Origin: an uncultured virus (IMG/VR IMGVR_UViG_3300021197_001844) | Lineage: Duplodnaviria; Heunggongvirae; Uroviricota; Caudoviricetes | IMG/VR virus record: IMGVR_UViG_3300021197_001844 | Direction: 5' to 3' (one strand) | DNA length: 64,000 nt | Shown: positions 17,744 to 27,436 of the stretch, in pieces | Numbering within the stretch: the first letter of the stretch is position 1 | How the letters are laid out: every line of letters begins with the position of its first letter | The notes under the pieces: model-generated | Database searches by the model: none | Told to the model about the DNA's origin: nothing | The model's input: the letters and a program-made list of their open reading frames with translations, nothing else | Made by a program: the position numbers and the translations under genes

Positions 17744-17769
17744 ATATCATGTTAATGAGTGCTTGTCAA
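17741..17769 (-). promoter_or_regulatory. Possible sigma70-type promoter
   Basis: Minus strand TTGACA-N17-TATATG with TG extension; the -10 is imperfect and overlaps the annotated ATG. Confidence 0.45.
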
Positions 17770-17770
17770 A

Positions 17771-17911
17771 TTATTTTTGCATATATGCATGTAAACAAAT
17801 AGCAGCACAAACAGCAGATAATAGAATAGAACCCCAGCCGGCGCCGACTTGAAAAGACCAGAACAATATTCCGACATTAATAACAAAGCAAGCTAATGTA
17901 ATGTTTCTCAT
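17771..17911 (-). CDS. Small two-TM membrane protein (below ORF-track cutoff)
   Basis: Hand-translated MRNITLACFVINVGILFWSFQVGAGWGSILLSAVCAAICLHAYMQK*; GAGGAG RBS; ATGA overlap. Confidence 0.65.
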   Translation of the reverse strand: MRNITLACFVINVGILFWSFQVGAGWGSILLSAVCAAICLHAYMQK

Positions 17912-18462
17912 TTTTTCTCCTCGCTAATAAGTAGTCCGGCTCTAGCAATTACAATTGCATCAGCCATGTCATCAGTTCCGGGTTTCGGGTTACCAAACCT
18001 CGTGTGCTCGACAAGAAAGTGTTCTGGGTATTGATTTTGCGCCCAATCGATTACTTTTCTCTTTGTGTCTTCGCCTCTTTTGATTTTAAGACCAACGAGG
18101 CCTCTTGCCTTATTCGCAGCAATCGAGACAGGGCTAGTGCCCAAGGCTTTTCTAATCATATAACAGACCATGCCATTAAAGCGTTGGAGTTTCGCCATGG
18201 TCATTGCGGTTGTCTTTCCACCAGAAAACATTACAAACGGAGACTCGATAAATACTTCTTTAAAGCAATAACCCTTGTTTGTAATTGAATTATAGCAATC
18301 AATTTCTTTTATATATTTCTCAAGTACTAAGCAGCGATCTTCAAGAATATCTTTTGAATTCATCTTGATAAAGTCACTTCTAAGCAAATTCGAAGAATAA
18401 TCAAGAACACAAATACCGACACGACTTGTACTAACATCTAAACCTAATATAACTTTGTTCAT
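17908..18462 (-). CDS. RuvC-like Holliday junction resolvase
   Basis: 'ILGLDVSTS', 'FIESP' and 'DDMADAIVIA' acidic catalytic motifs. Confidence 0.85.
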   Translation of the reverse strand: MNKVILGLDVSTSRVGICVLDYSSNLLRSDFIKMNSKDILEDRCLVLEKYIKEIDCYNSITNKGYCFKEVFIESPFVMFSGGKTTAMTMAKLQRFNGMVCYMIRKALGTSPVSIAANKARGLVGLKIKRGEDTKRKVIDWAQNQYPEHFLVEHTRFGNPKPGTDDMADAIVIARAGLLISEEKK

Positions 18463-18469
18463 AATATAT

Positions 18470-18498
18470 ATTATAACACGCTTTTATTGTTTTGTCAA
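18470..18498 (-). promoter_or_regulatory. Consensus sigma70 promoter; leaderless transcript for the resolvase
   Basis: Minus strand TTGACA-N17-TATAAT with extended TG; ATG 7 nt after the -10; no RBS. Confidence 0.85.
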
Positions 18499-19787
18499 AT
18501 TAAATCATATTTTAATTTGAAAGTGATATCTCTTTCTTCTTCTTTTCTATATGGTCTGGCCATCTCTGCTGTCATTATTAAATTATCGTTTTTATCATAA
18601 ATGCCGACTTTTGTTATATACGTTGTTTTTTCAAGACTAGCGCTGTGTCCATGGTACGAAGAAGATACAACATTCTTTATCGGAGACTCCAGTTCATAGT
18701 ATTGCACAGAACTAGTCGTGTACTTGTTATATTTAGCATCGGTCTGATCTAGGAATGTTGGATTGTTTGACCAGTTCATCTCTGCCTTGTTTGCGTGGCA
18801 CATGAGTGTCATTGTATTTTTGTACGATACTCCTTTGTACTCAACTGAGAAGGAAGCAGACACTGAAGATGCGTGCCTAGTAAGTGGTGAGCCATCGTCA
18901 AACATCTCATTGGCACCAACTCCAAAATGCCACCATGCAGCATCTTCTACGCCTGTTGCTGTCACGTATGTAATATTGTTCCCCGTGTCGAGTCTGCCTG
19001 TGTAAAACATTGAACCATCTGCCATTTGGGTTTCTGGGTATAAGTCTTTTGATGCTGACGGGAATGCTAAGACACCTTCATCGTAATAAGCCAAACCTAC
19101 AACAGAGCCAGATGAATTGCCGAAGTTTGATATTAATTCTCCGTTTTGTCTCTCATCGATTGCAGACGCAATAAGTGTCCCAGTTATAAAATACTTTAAA
19201 AGTATCGAGCCTTTCTTAACTGATGAGCCGTACAAAATAGAAGGAATGTCAATTATGTTGACCAGACTTGATGTCATTGGCGATGCTAAAAATCTAGGAC
19301 TATATGCTGAATATTTATTTTTTCCAAGATAATATAACGCAGACCCTGTTAAATTTCTCTCTATTTGGATAGGTGTTTCTTCTGTTGGTTGGCCATTGGA
19401 GTCATTTATGTGCGTCGAAGTGAAAGTTTGATTTCTAGTATATTTTCTATAAATACTGGCAGATAACGGATATGATGAAGTATATGCCGTATCGGGGCCG
19501 ATTTGAGTTTCTCCGAAGTTGCCATAAAGCGTGCTTCCAAAATTTTGATTATTAGAGCCAGATTGAACAAAAGGAAATATAAAGTTATTTGTTCTATTAA
19601 CATTCATCTCAAATAAACTTATATGCCCGTCGTTTTTTGTATTTAAAATGTTTGAAACAAGCGAACTAGTTATGTGAATATCATTATTAACATAGACCTT
19701 TGAGTTGTAGATAAAAAAACTAAACTCAGGGTGCATTTTTAACCGGTTGATGAAAATATCATCGTTGTTAAACAGTTTCTTGGACAT
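18495..19787 (-). CDS. Virion structural protein (baseplate/tail), paralogue of 19787..20914
   Basis: C-terminal 'TYITKVGIYDKNDNLIMTAEMARPYRK...FKLKYD' shared with the neighbouring gene. Confidence 0.7.
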   Translation of the reverse strand: MSKKLFNNDDIFINRLKMHPEFSFFIYNSKVYVNNDIHITSSLVSNILNTKNDGHISLFEMNVNRTNNFIFPFVQSGSNNQNFGSTLYGNFGETQIGPDTAYTSSYPLSASIYRKYTRNQTFTSTHINDSNGQPTEETPIQIERNLTGSALYYLGKNKYSAYSPRFLASPMTSSLVNIIDIPSILYGSSVKKGSILLKYFITGTLIASAIDERQNGELISNFGNSSGSVVGLAYYDEGVLAFPSASKDLYPETQMADGSMFYTGRLDTGNNITYVTATGVEDAAWWHFGVGANEMFDDGSPLTRHASSVSASFSVEYKGVSYKNTMTLMCHANKAEMNWSNNPTFLDQTDAKYNKYTTSSVQYYELESPIKNVVSSSYHGHSASLEKTTYITKVGIYDKNDNLIMTAEMARPYRKEEERDITFKLKYDLI

Positions 19788-20914
19788 TAGTAATCTAATC
19801 TTGCTCTTAATGTATATTCAATAGTTGGGTCTTTCCTCAAGGGCTCAGAGAGTTTGCCAACGGCTAACAGATTATTGTCGTCATCATAAAGCCCAATTGA
19901 AGTAACGTATGCAACTGGAGTATCAGTATTTGCTGTCTTTACCCTAATCTGGCTGGATGATAAATAAGTTGGATTTGCCGAATAATTAAAATCGTTATGC
20001 TTCATGCGGCAAAAATAAATTGTAGAATTTAATTCAACTGTGTTATTAAAGTTAAGGTTGTGCATCCTTGTTCTAAAGGCATCTGCTGATGCAGATATTG
20101 AACTACTAGCTAGAAGGTGTTTTATTGTACGAACACCGGTTGGGGCACCTGAGAGCATCACGGGTGCGCCTTCGCCATTAACAATGATACCACCTGCTGA
20201 CGCTGTGCTGAATACCGAAGCAGTAATAACTGCGACCCCAGCTTGGTAAAAGATAAGGCCTGCTTTTTGGCCGGCCGCTAGAGTTCCACCGTCGAGTGTA
20301 AGGCGAGTTCCGTGACCGTCACTTGTGTCGGCAATGAGGATGCCGTATTCCCCAACAGGCGAATTTATCTTATATGATGTTGCAGCACTTACATCAGACA
20401 GCTTAACTCTTTTATTCATAATAGGCTTAACCGCTGCTGTTGTCTGGTCAAAGGATGCACTAATTCCTAGCTCAAGTGAGAAAGACCCTTTCTTAATTTC
20501 GTCTTTCATCAATAATCTTGAGAACGTCAAAAACACACACTCTTTCATTTTTGTTCCGCCAGTCAAGTCACCGTCTTCATCAAAAAGTTTGATAGCGCCA
20601 TTATTATCATAACCCATTAAGACTTGTGCCATCTGGTTATAGATATTAATTTTCTTTGTATTTTGAGTATTAGTCGAACTGCTGAACTCAGAAGAGGCAG
20701 CATAGCCGTAAGTAATATCAAAAACATGGTTGGCAGAAGAACTTAGATATGGATAATCATACACTGATTGAAACATGCCATGAGAATAATTTTTTATATT
20801 ATTGTCAGCATATGTACCAGACACAATAGTACCAGTCAATGGTATTGCTTCATGCAAAAGTGTCTTGGTTGTAATTTGATCCTCTTCTGGGATTTCTATT
20901 TCGGTATTAGCCAT
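19787..20914 (-). CDS. Virion structural protein (baseplate/tail)
   Basis: C-terminal 'FNYSANPTY...YVTSIGLYDDDNNLLAVGKLSEPLRK...ARLDY'; structural cluster context. Confidence 0.7.
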   Translation of the reverse strand: MANTEIEIPEEDQITTKTLLHEAIPLTGTIVSGTYADNNIKNYSHGMFQSVYDYPYLSSSANHVFDITYGYAASSEFSSSTNTQNTKKINIYNQMAQVLMGYDNNGAIKLFDEDGDLTGGTKMKECVFLTFSRLLMKDEIKKGSFSLELGISASFDQTTAAVKPIMNKRVKLSDVSAATSYKINSPVGEYGILIADTSDGHGTRLTLDGGTLAAGQKAGLIFYQAGVAVITASVFSTASAGGIIVNGEGAPVMLSGAPTGVRTIKHLLASSSISASADAFRTRMHNLNFNNTVELNSTIYFCRMKHNDFNYSANPTYLSSSQIRVKTANTDTPVAYVTSIGLYDDDNNLLAVGKLSEPLRKDPTIEYTLRARLDY

Positions 20915-20929
20915 TATTATACTCCATTG

Positions 20930-21886
20930 TTATTTTAGCTTAACATATCTTATTGGTATCTCTAAACTATACCCCGTATCAATTCCTGTGATTTTTATTA
21001 ACGTATCGATATGATGTACGTCACTAGTACCACCGGCTTTCTTAGCCAATTGCGAAGAACCACCAAACTTGTTAAAGTAATAATTACTTTGTCTTAAGTT
21101 AATTGAACTTTGTATTTTTAACCTTAATGACTTAAACCGGTACCCCTCAATAACTTGATTGGTTTGGCCCGTCATATCGTGGTTATCAACAACAAAGGTG
21201 CCATTACTGGCTGCGTCTAACGTATAGATAGCCATATTATCATCGTCAATTACTTCTGGCTGTACTGGTTGTCTATTTTCATCAATTAGCTGTCCGAGTC
21301 TATTATCCATTTCAATAATATAGCCGGTCTCGTTCATCCCATCTGGTAATTGGCTGACAGTAGTTGAGGGAGGAAATACATTCGTATTAAGTCCCGAATC
21401 AATTAAAATCATACCGCCGCCTTGATCGGAGCCATTCAAGAAGCCGTTAATCAACTGGCCGCTTGAATCAATTGCTACTGATTTACCGTCAATGTATGCT
21501 GATGATAGTGCATCAGCGCCGGCAGTATCAGTGTTTACTGCTACCATAAAAGTCCCCGACGCATGCATTGAGGTTCTTAGTCCTAATGGCTGTGTAGTGT
21601 TTAGTTTAATAATAGGCAAGTATAGCAAGTCTTGGCTATCATATGACACTAACAACGAACTCATATTCGATGTATTGTTAGTAAATGCCTCAAAGACCGG
21701 TGATTGTAAAATTTGCAAATCTTGGTTGGCTGTTGGTAGCGAGATATCAAATAATTCATAATTTATCTCATCATCACTACACTTAAACTTAGTTATCTGA
21801 AAGTCGCCCTCTGCCAATCTTCTACGCCCTTCGTCTGTTAGGACAACATCAAAAATGATATCGCCACTGTTATCTTGGAAACCCAT
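20930..21886 (-). CDS. Virion structural protein
   Basis: N-terminal 'DVVLTDEGRRRLA...SDDEINY' motif, also seen in 27436..28455; AGGAG RBS. Confidence 0.65.
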   Translation of the reverse strand: MGFQDNSGDIIFDVVLTDEGRRRLAEGDFQITKFKCSDDEINYELFDISLPTANQDLQILQSPVFEAFTNNTSNMSSLLVSYDSQDLLYLPIIKLNTTQPLGLRTSMHASGTFMVAVNTDTAGADALSSAYIDGKSVAIDSSGQLINGFLNGSDQGGGMILIDSGLNTNVFPPSTTVSQLPDGMNETGYIIEMDNRLGQLIDENRQPVQPEVIDDDNMAIYTLDAASNGTFVVDNHDMTGQTNQVIEGYRFKSLRLKIQSSINLRQSNYYFNKFGGSSQLAKKAGGTSDVHHIDTLIKITGIDTGYSLEIPIRYVKLK

Positions 21887-21907
21887 ATAAATACTCCTAT
21901 TTCATTA

Positions 21908-21915
21908 TAATTACT
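21908..21915 (-). promoter_or_regulatory. Candidate late promoter AGTAATTA
   Basis: Intergenic, ~22 nt upstream of 21886. Confidence 0.45.
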
Positions 21916-21921
21916 ACAAAA

Positions 21922-24186
21922 TTAATTATTTTCTGGTTGATTATAGTTAAATATCAAATTTAAATCTATTTTCTTACCTGTACTTTTTGATTCAATTCTT
22001 AGTTTAATATATTTTTTTGTCAAATCATCATAGTCCCACAAGCGATCCTCAAGCTCATCCCCTAGGTGTATATCAACATCTGGTCCGTATGCGCTTTCTA
22101 CTTGGTTGCCGCCCGCATCTACTGAAGTTATAGTTGTATGATAATCTGGTATACCCAATTTTAAAAATTTCCTAAATGTTGCATTGTATTCTGAACGGTC
22201 TATGGATGTAAAATGAAAAGAGGATACATTTAGAATTGTATTGTCGGCATCTTTTATTTTTTGCACTTGGTAAACGGGACTATAATTAGAAAAGTTATTA
22301 TCATGCGTCAGTGCCCTAAATAAATAGTAATACATTTTGCCATGTTCTAAATTGTGTATTGTGTAGAACTTTTTTATTTTTTTTCTACCATATTTATCAA
22401 GTGTCGCACTGTCAACGACTTGCATCAACTGGCCTTCGAAGTCAGAAACAGAATTTGGTTTCTCAGTTGTTCTATAAACTTCAAATTTTCCAAATGAAGC
22501 TACCTGTGATGAATACGGGTACATGCTCTTATTATACGAATACAACTTATCAATATATATCTGGTCTTGTTGGTTGATAGGGATCATCGTTTTTCGAAAA
22601 CGATCAGATAAATTGATACCGCTTCTATCTGATAAACTAATTTTGATTTTATGATCTGCATTAACGTAATTTGAAAATTTAATAATTGGTGATAGTGGCG
22701 GTGGCTCTACCACAGTTGTGAGCGAATTACCAACAGGTATCTCAACTATTCTGATTTCTGGTCTTATCGTATAGCGTATCGCAACACTTCTAGGCGCACT
22801 TTCATTTCCCGGATTATTCTGTATATTGTCCGTGGTCACTTTATGAAAAATCTGCGCCATGCAAGGAAAAAAATTGTAACTATATTTTGCGCCATGCCTA
22901 ATTTGGGTATCATAAAAATACTTATTTGTTGAATAGTTAGTGTTATGCGGCCTATATATATGAAAATTTTGAACTGTTGTGTTCCTTCCTTCTCTGTGTT
23001 TTAGAATTCTATGAAAAAGCATTTCATACTCACAGCTTTCCTTTTCATAGTACATCTGTTTCAAATCGAGGCAGTGGTTTTGTGTAAAATCTGCGATTCT
23101 GTTGGACAAAACGATTTGTTTATCTTCCCATTCTCCAGTTTTTTGTACCCTTTCCTCGACACCCACTTGTAAGGAATCTTCAATATCAGGATATAAGCTG
23201 ATGCCATCTGCGGAATAGTGTGATAGATTCTGCTTGTCTATTGTGTATTCTTCTTGATAAAGCATGTGGTCAAGGCTCCACACCCTCTTACCATCAAGTA
23301 TATGCGAAGGCTCAGAATAATTGATTGTTCTCATCATTATATCTTCATGCTTGGATATTTGGAGGGCTCGCCTTATGTTAAAATTAGTATTATTTGGAGT
23401 GGTTGGTAATTCAATATAATTATAAAAAGGGTAATCATACCAATATGATGAAAGCCTTATTCTACTGGTTATGAAAAAATTCTTTCTGTTTGCGAACTCA
23501 GATGCGGCAAAGTTATCCGTGCGATAACACATGTAGTAATAATTAGAGTCGAAAAGCAATTCACCAGTGGCCTCATCCATATGCACTCCGTGGTGGTTCA
23601 TACTGTATTCGTTATGAGAGCTTTGCAAAGGAAATTCTGTTGTATGGTTAGAATCTATTACCGCACTAGGCAGAGCATTTGCTTTTGTTAAATAAAATAA
23701 AGAAGTTGTTGATTCCTCTGTAAGGTGGTATTCTGCAATGAGTGCACTGGGCATTGCTGTTTCCAGTGCCATCTTTGAACCAATATCATATTCTGGTAGG
23801 CAGAAATTATAGTATGAATGATTATTTTTAAACAAAGTGTTTTTTGAATTGTTGTTCTCGTCGGCGGGCTCTTCTGGGACTTTTCCAAACTTATACTCGC
23901 ACCTATTGTAATTTGACTCGTTATTGAGACTATTGATAAGTTCATCGGCAGCAGCATCGTTTATCTCGTTCTTAAATTCAATTTCGATTCCTTGAGAATA
24001 TACTGGTCTTCCAAGCTCGTCTTCACCATTATAAACCATTTGACCAAACACGACCGTCTGTACCAAACTCTCGTCTGCTCCCGGGTTAATTCCAATACTT
24101 TGCGGACCGGTTTTGACTACAAATTTATGATTGTTAAAGAGCGATGACAAACCGCCAATAACGTTGTCTGAAAATTTAATATCCAC
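21922..24186 (-). CDS. Large putative virion structural protein
   Basis: GTG start at 24186 with GGAGG RBS (the track's N-terminal extension is a shadow of the upstream repeat); C-terminal 'YYYLFRA' and 'KLRIESKSTGKKIDLNL'. Confidence 0.7.
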   Translation of the reverse strand: MDIKFSDNVIGGLSSLFNNHKFVVKTGPQSIGINPGADESLVQTVVFGQMVYNGEDELGRPVYSQGIEIEFKNEINDAAADELINSLNNESNYNRCEYKFGKVPEEPADENNNSKNTLFKNNHSYYNFCLPEYDIGSKMALETAMPSALIAEYHLTEESTTSLFYLTKANALPSAVIDSNHTTEFPLQSSHNEYSMNHHGVHMDEATGELLFDSNYYYMCYRTDNFAASEFANRKNFFITSRIRLSSYWYDYPFYNYIELPTTPNNTNFNIRRALQISKHEDIMMRTINYSEPSHILDGKRVWSLDHMLYQEEYTIDKQNLSHYSADGISLYPDIEDSLQVGVEERVQKTGEWEDKQIVLSNRIADFTQNHCLDLKQMYYEKESCEYEMLFHRILKHREGRNTTVQNFHIYRPHNTNYSTNKYFYDTQIRHGAKYSYNFFPCMAQIFHKVTTDNIQNNPGNESAPRSVAIRYTIRPEIRIVEIPVGNSLTTVVEPPPLSPIIKFSNYVNADHKIKISLSDRSGINLSDRFRKTMIPINQQDQIYIDKLYSYNKSMYPYSSQVASFGKFEVYRTTEKPNSVSDFEGQLMQVVDSATLDKYGRKKIKKFYTIHNLEHGKMYYYLFRALTHDNNFSNYSPVYQVQKIKDADNTILNVSSFHFTSIDRSEYNATFRKFLKLGIPDYHTTITSVDAGGNQVESAYGPDVDIHLGDELEDRLWDYDDLTKKYIKLRIESKSTGKKIDLNLIFNYNQPENN

Positions 24187-25201
24187 TGCCGCCTCCTGAC
24201 GTATTACCGCCGCCCATATTGCTACCGGCTCCACCAGATGCACTCCAGCCGCCACCATCGTTTCCTGCTCCGCTAGATGCACTCCAGCCGCCACCATCGT
24301 TTCCTGCTCCAGAGCCCTGATTCGTTGTTGATGGTTGAATCGAAGCCAGTTCTCCCTCATTTATGCTTCCGATCATTCGCCGAGCAATTTGTTCTGGTTT
24401 TCTTATTTTTAATATAAAACGTTTTGATGCCATATGATGTATGTGAGGGGGCGCACCTGAGACTCCAAATTTGTCAGCACAGTTTGGATAACAATGGCTC
24501 TTCGCATTTTGCACTGTCCAATTAATTACTCTGTGCCTATGTCTGATGTTTTTGTTGTTCGGGTGATATGCTATTGTAGTATAGCCATTACCGTTCTCGT
24601 CGACTTCATATTCGTGATGATGACCAGCATTTATCGTTGTGACTCCTGAAGGCGGTGCCACTGGTGCTCCGCTATCCGTAAGCAGAAAGGTACCAGAGTA
24701 AGTTCTAAACGGATCTTCTTTTTTTAATAATATTGTGCTATCGTATTTGTTTAGAAAACAAATTTTACTACTGCCTTGTATTGATAGGAAATTCGTATTA
24801 GTCATGCTTTTTATAATAGGCTTTTTCATATCATATAGCCCATCCTTGGTCATGCCAAAGCTATCAATATATTTAACTTCCATAATATTGCCATACATTT
24901 GGTATGCTAATTCATCAGTTTTAGGATTCTGAAAGATATCATCCTTGTTTAATAACAAATTGCTTTTAACAGATTTCGTCCTATTGAATATCAAAGATTT
25001 AATTTGATTTGGAATTCTGGAGGAATCTATCTTATTCTCTACAATGTCATTATATAAGGCGTTATTATCCTCAGCAAAATCATATGATGATAGCTTCACA
25101 GGCGATTTGTCAGCGAATATAACATTACTAGATACCTTGTTTAGGCTTCTTCTAGTTTTTAAACTAGACAACCTCCTGAGGAACAGCCTCTTGTTAATCA
25201 A
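24176..25201 (-). CDS. Putative structural protein with His-rich motif and Gly-rich tail; probably the C-terminal part of a split gene with 25325..27436
   Basis: 'GHHHEYEVDENGNG...HRHR...HIHH'; same frame as the upstream ORF, separated only by a TAG at 25325-25327. Confidence 0.6.
   Translation of the reverse strand: MINKRLFLRRLSSLKTRRSLNKVSSNVIFADKSPVKLSSYDFAEDNNALYNDIVENKIDSSRIPNQIKSLIFNRTKSVKSNLLLNKDDIFQNPKTDELAYQMYGNIMEVKYIDSFGMTKDGLYDMKKPIIKSMTNTNFLSIQGSSKICFLNKYDSTILLKKEDPFRTYSGTFLLTDSGAPVAPPSGVTTINAGHHHEYEVDENGNGYTTIAYHPNNKNIRHRHRVINWTVQNAKSHCYPNCADKFGVSGAPPHIHHMASKRFILKIRKPEQIARRMIGSINEGELASIQPSTTNQGSGAGNDGGGWSASSGAGNDGGGWSASGGAGSNMGGGNTSGGGSGY
24236..24310. repeat. Perfect 36-bp direct repeat, 39-bp period (coding GAGNDGGGWSAS x2)
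   Basis: agatgcactccagccgccaccatcgtttcctgctcc at 24236-24271 and 24275-24310. Confidence 0.9.
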
Positions 25202-25324
25202 CGGGCTGCTTTCTCCTAAAAATTTCTTAATTTGTAAAATGTTTTCGGCGTCTTTATCGTTTTCCGTATTCTCCGGCTCTATGACAAAAGGTAGGTTGTT
25301 GATGCTATTGATATTAAAAGATTT

Positions 25325-27436
25325 CTAATTCTTATTTTTTATCACCTTCTTTCTTATATTTTTAATTTCTACGTAATCTTTTACTTTAGTTCTTTTATCA
25401 ATAGTTGCAGTTTTTATTGGCTGTGATAATTTATTTATTCTTGACGGTGTTAAAAATAGGTATCTAGTCTCTGTCATGTTTAGTAAATTGTTTTTTATAT
25501 TATCAGACAGGTGTCCAAGGTCTTCTGATACGTCTGTTGGTACATTATTGAAATATTTGTCAAATTCATTGTTTGCACGAATTTCAAATAAAGATTTATC
25601 CATTTTCATGTTATCATCAAACGTAAGAAACTCGTATGAGACCAAGTCCCTTCTCCTATCTTTGTCAATAGTAAGCTCGAATTGGTGTTCGATAATTTTC
25701 CTTTTCTTAGCCTTAGAGGACCTGACGCTTTTTCCTATGCCAACAGTTCTATTAAAAAACGGCATAACTTGATAAGTTTTCTGTATCAGGATAGAGATGC
25801 TCGTCAAATCTGATATTGCCCTTCGTATGGTTCCTATGGACGCTTTACTAAAATTGATTTTATTATCAAGTTCAAATTCTTCACGGTCTCTGCCTAATAG
25901 CAACGCCGCCCTGTCAACTGCTGCTAGGCCTACGATCAATGGACTCTTTCTCAGAGAATCCAAATTTTTATTTGTTGAACTAAAATTAAATTTGTTAAAA
26001 TACTTCTCAATGTATGAGCCTTTAATTTTGTTTTCAAGTCTCGAATAGGCCTTGCCCTTGACTAATGACCTTCTTATTCTCAGTAATTCGTTTTTAAAAT
26101 TTAAAATATCCTTAAGTGTCGCTTTTATATATTTATAGAACACATCATCGAAATCAATTTCTACCTTATACGATACACGACCTTTACCTATCTTTTTCAT
26201 CCCACGATCAACAAAGTACATCGCAGTAAGTTCAGAAGGCAAACCAGCTTTAATGATCTCCAAATTTGATATAGAGCGCTTGTTGGGTCTATTGAAAGCA
26301 ACGTCATCTCTATCAAAAAACTTCTTCACCATAGCGCTCTTTCTCCGGTTCATCTGAGCTACTATCTTTCTGTTGTTATTTTTTCTTGTATTGAACTTTC
26401 TTCTGCCTTTTTTATATTTTGTTTTCTTTTGCGCCTTGACTCTTGATAAATTTTTAAATTTACTTCTTTCTATTTTTATTTTACCAATGGATAAATTATT
26501 AGAAATGTCCATGAACAGATCATGGTCTAAGTTAAAAATTTTTCTAGCATACTTGCTTTTCTTTAATGATAGATTGCATAAGTTTAAAATAAAATATTTA
26601 TGAAGGTTTCCGCTTCTATCAAATTCCTCATCCATCTCATATTTAAAAGGCCTACTAAATAAGCTGTTGATTTTTTTAAGCTTTTTGTTCTTTTTGTCTT
26701 GCCTTCTTCTAATAGGAGAAAGCAAATTCAGCGGCTTCTTTTTTATTGGTAAATTATAAATTATTATATTGTTATCTATCTTCTCTCTTATCAAGTGTGG
26801 CCTTTTGGTTTTGTTAGGAACTATCGCAATATGTTTTTGTGCTGGGTTCGAAAATTTAACAAGACCATGCCACTCTGATTTGTTTTCTTCGTGCATATAT
26901 TTATAAAAAAGTTTAGCCTGCTTTCCTGCTTTAAATACTGGAATGTGTTTGACGCCGCCTAACTTATATCTAGATCGGGGTGTCTTTGTAAGTTTTGATT
27001 TTTGGTATATTCCATGGTTCTGTTTTGCTTTTTTGCTCTTATACCTACCAATATCCTTACTAGTAAAAAAGAAAAGAGATGAATCGTTCGATATTTTCCT
27101 TTTAATTTTGAATACTATTTTATAGCTATATTTTGTAAATTCACCCTGAATTGTTGTTGCGGTATGCGTGCCACTAGAAATTGAAATAGCATCTTTCTCT
27201 TTAAGGTGAACCATCGCATCAGAAACCTTTTTGATGTCATTCAGGCCTTCAACCAAGCTAGCATTAATCTTTATATTTTTGATAGTATTATCAAAGTACC
27301 ACTGCCTAGACAATGGCATTGTGTAGTCCAGCAAGAAGATATCACACGATATGTTTGTAAGATTGTTTACCTCAGAGACAACAATTCTGTTAATATGCAC
27401 ATTAGGCATTCTATTAATCACTGCATGGTTAAACAT
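25325..27436 (-). CDS. Lys/Arg-rich large hypothetical protein (N-terminal part of a possibly split gene)
   Basis: ATG at 27436 via TAATG overlap; ends at a TAG that is in frame with the next ORF. Confidence 0.7.
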   Translation of the reverse strand: MFNHAVINRMPNVHINRIVVSEVNNLTNISCDIFLLDYTMPLSRQWYFDNTIKNIKINASLVEGLNDIKKVSDAMVHLKEKDAISISSGTHTATTIQGEFTKYSYKIVFKIKRKISNDSSLFFFTSKDIGRYKSKKAKQNHGIYQKSKLTKTPRSRYKLGGVKHIPVFKAGKQAKLFYKYMHEENKSEWHGLVKFSNPAQKHIAIVPNKTKRPHLIREKIDNNIIIYNLPIKKKPLNLLSPIRRRQDKKNKKLKKINSLFSRPFKYEMDEEFDRSGNLHKYFILNLCNLSLKKSKYARKIFNLDHDLFMDISNNLSIGKIKIERSKFKNLSRVKAQKKTKYKKGRRKFNTRKNNNRKIVAQMNRRKSAMVKKFFDRDDVAFNRPNKRSISNLEIIKAGLPSELTAMYFVDRGMKKIGKGRVSYKVEIDFDDVFYKYIKATLKDILNFKNELLRIRRSLVKGKAYSRLENKIKGSYIEKYFNKFNFSSTNKNLDSLRKSPLIVGLAAVDRAALLLGRDREEFELDNKINFSKASIGTIRRAISDLTSISILIQKTYQVMPFFNRTVGIGKSVRSSKAKKRKIIEHQFELTIDKDRRRDLVSYEFLTFDDNMKMDKSLFEIRANNEFDKYFNNVPTDVSEDLGHLSDNIKNNLLNMTETRYLFLTPSRINKLSQPIKTATIDKRTKVKDYVEIKNIRKKVIKNKN

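Noticed and set aside
24236..24310. 36-bp direct repeat as a possible CRISPR array
   Set aside because: Only two copies with a 3-bp gap, in frame within a Gly-rich coding tail; no spacers or cas genes.
24187..24360. N-terminal extension of the 812-aa ORF (repeat 'EQETMVAAGVHL')
   Set aside because: It is an alternative-frame reading of the upstream gene's repeat; the GTG at 24186 has a strong GGAGG RBS.
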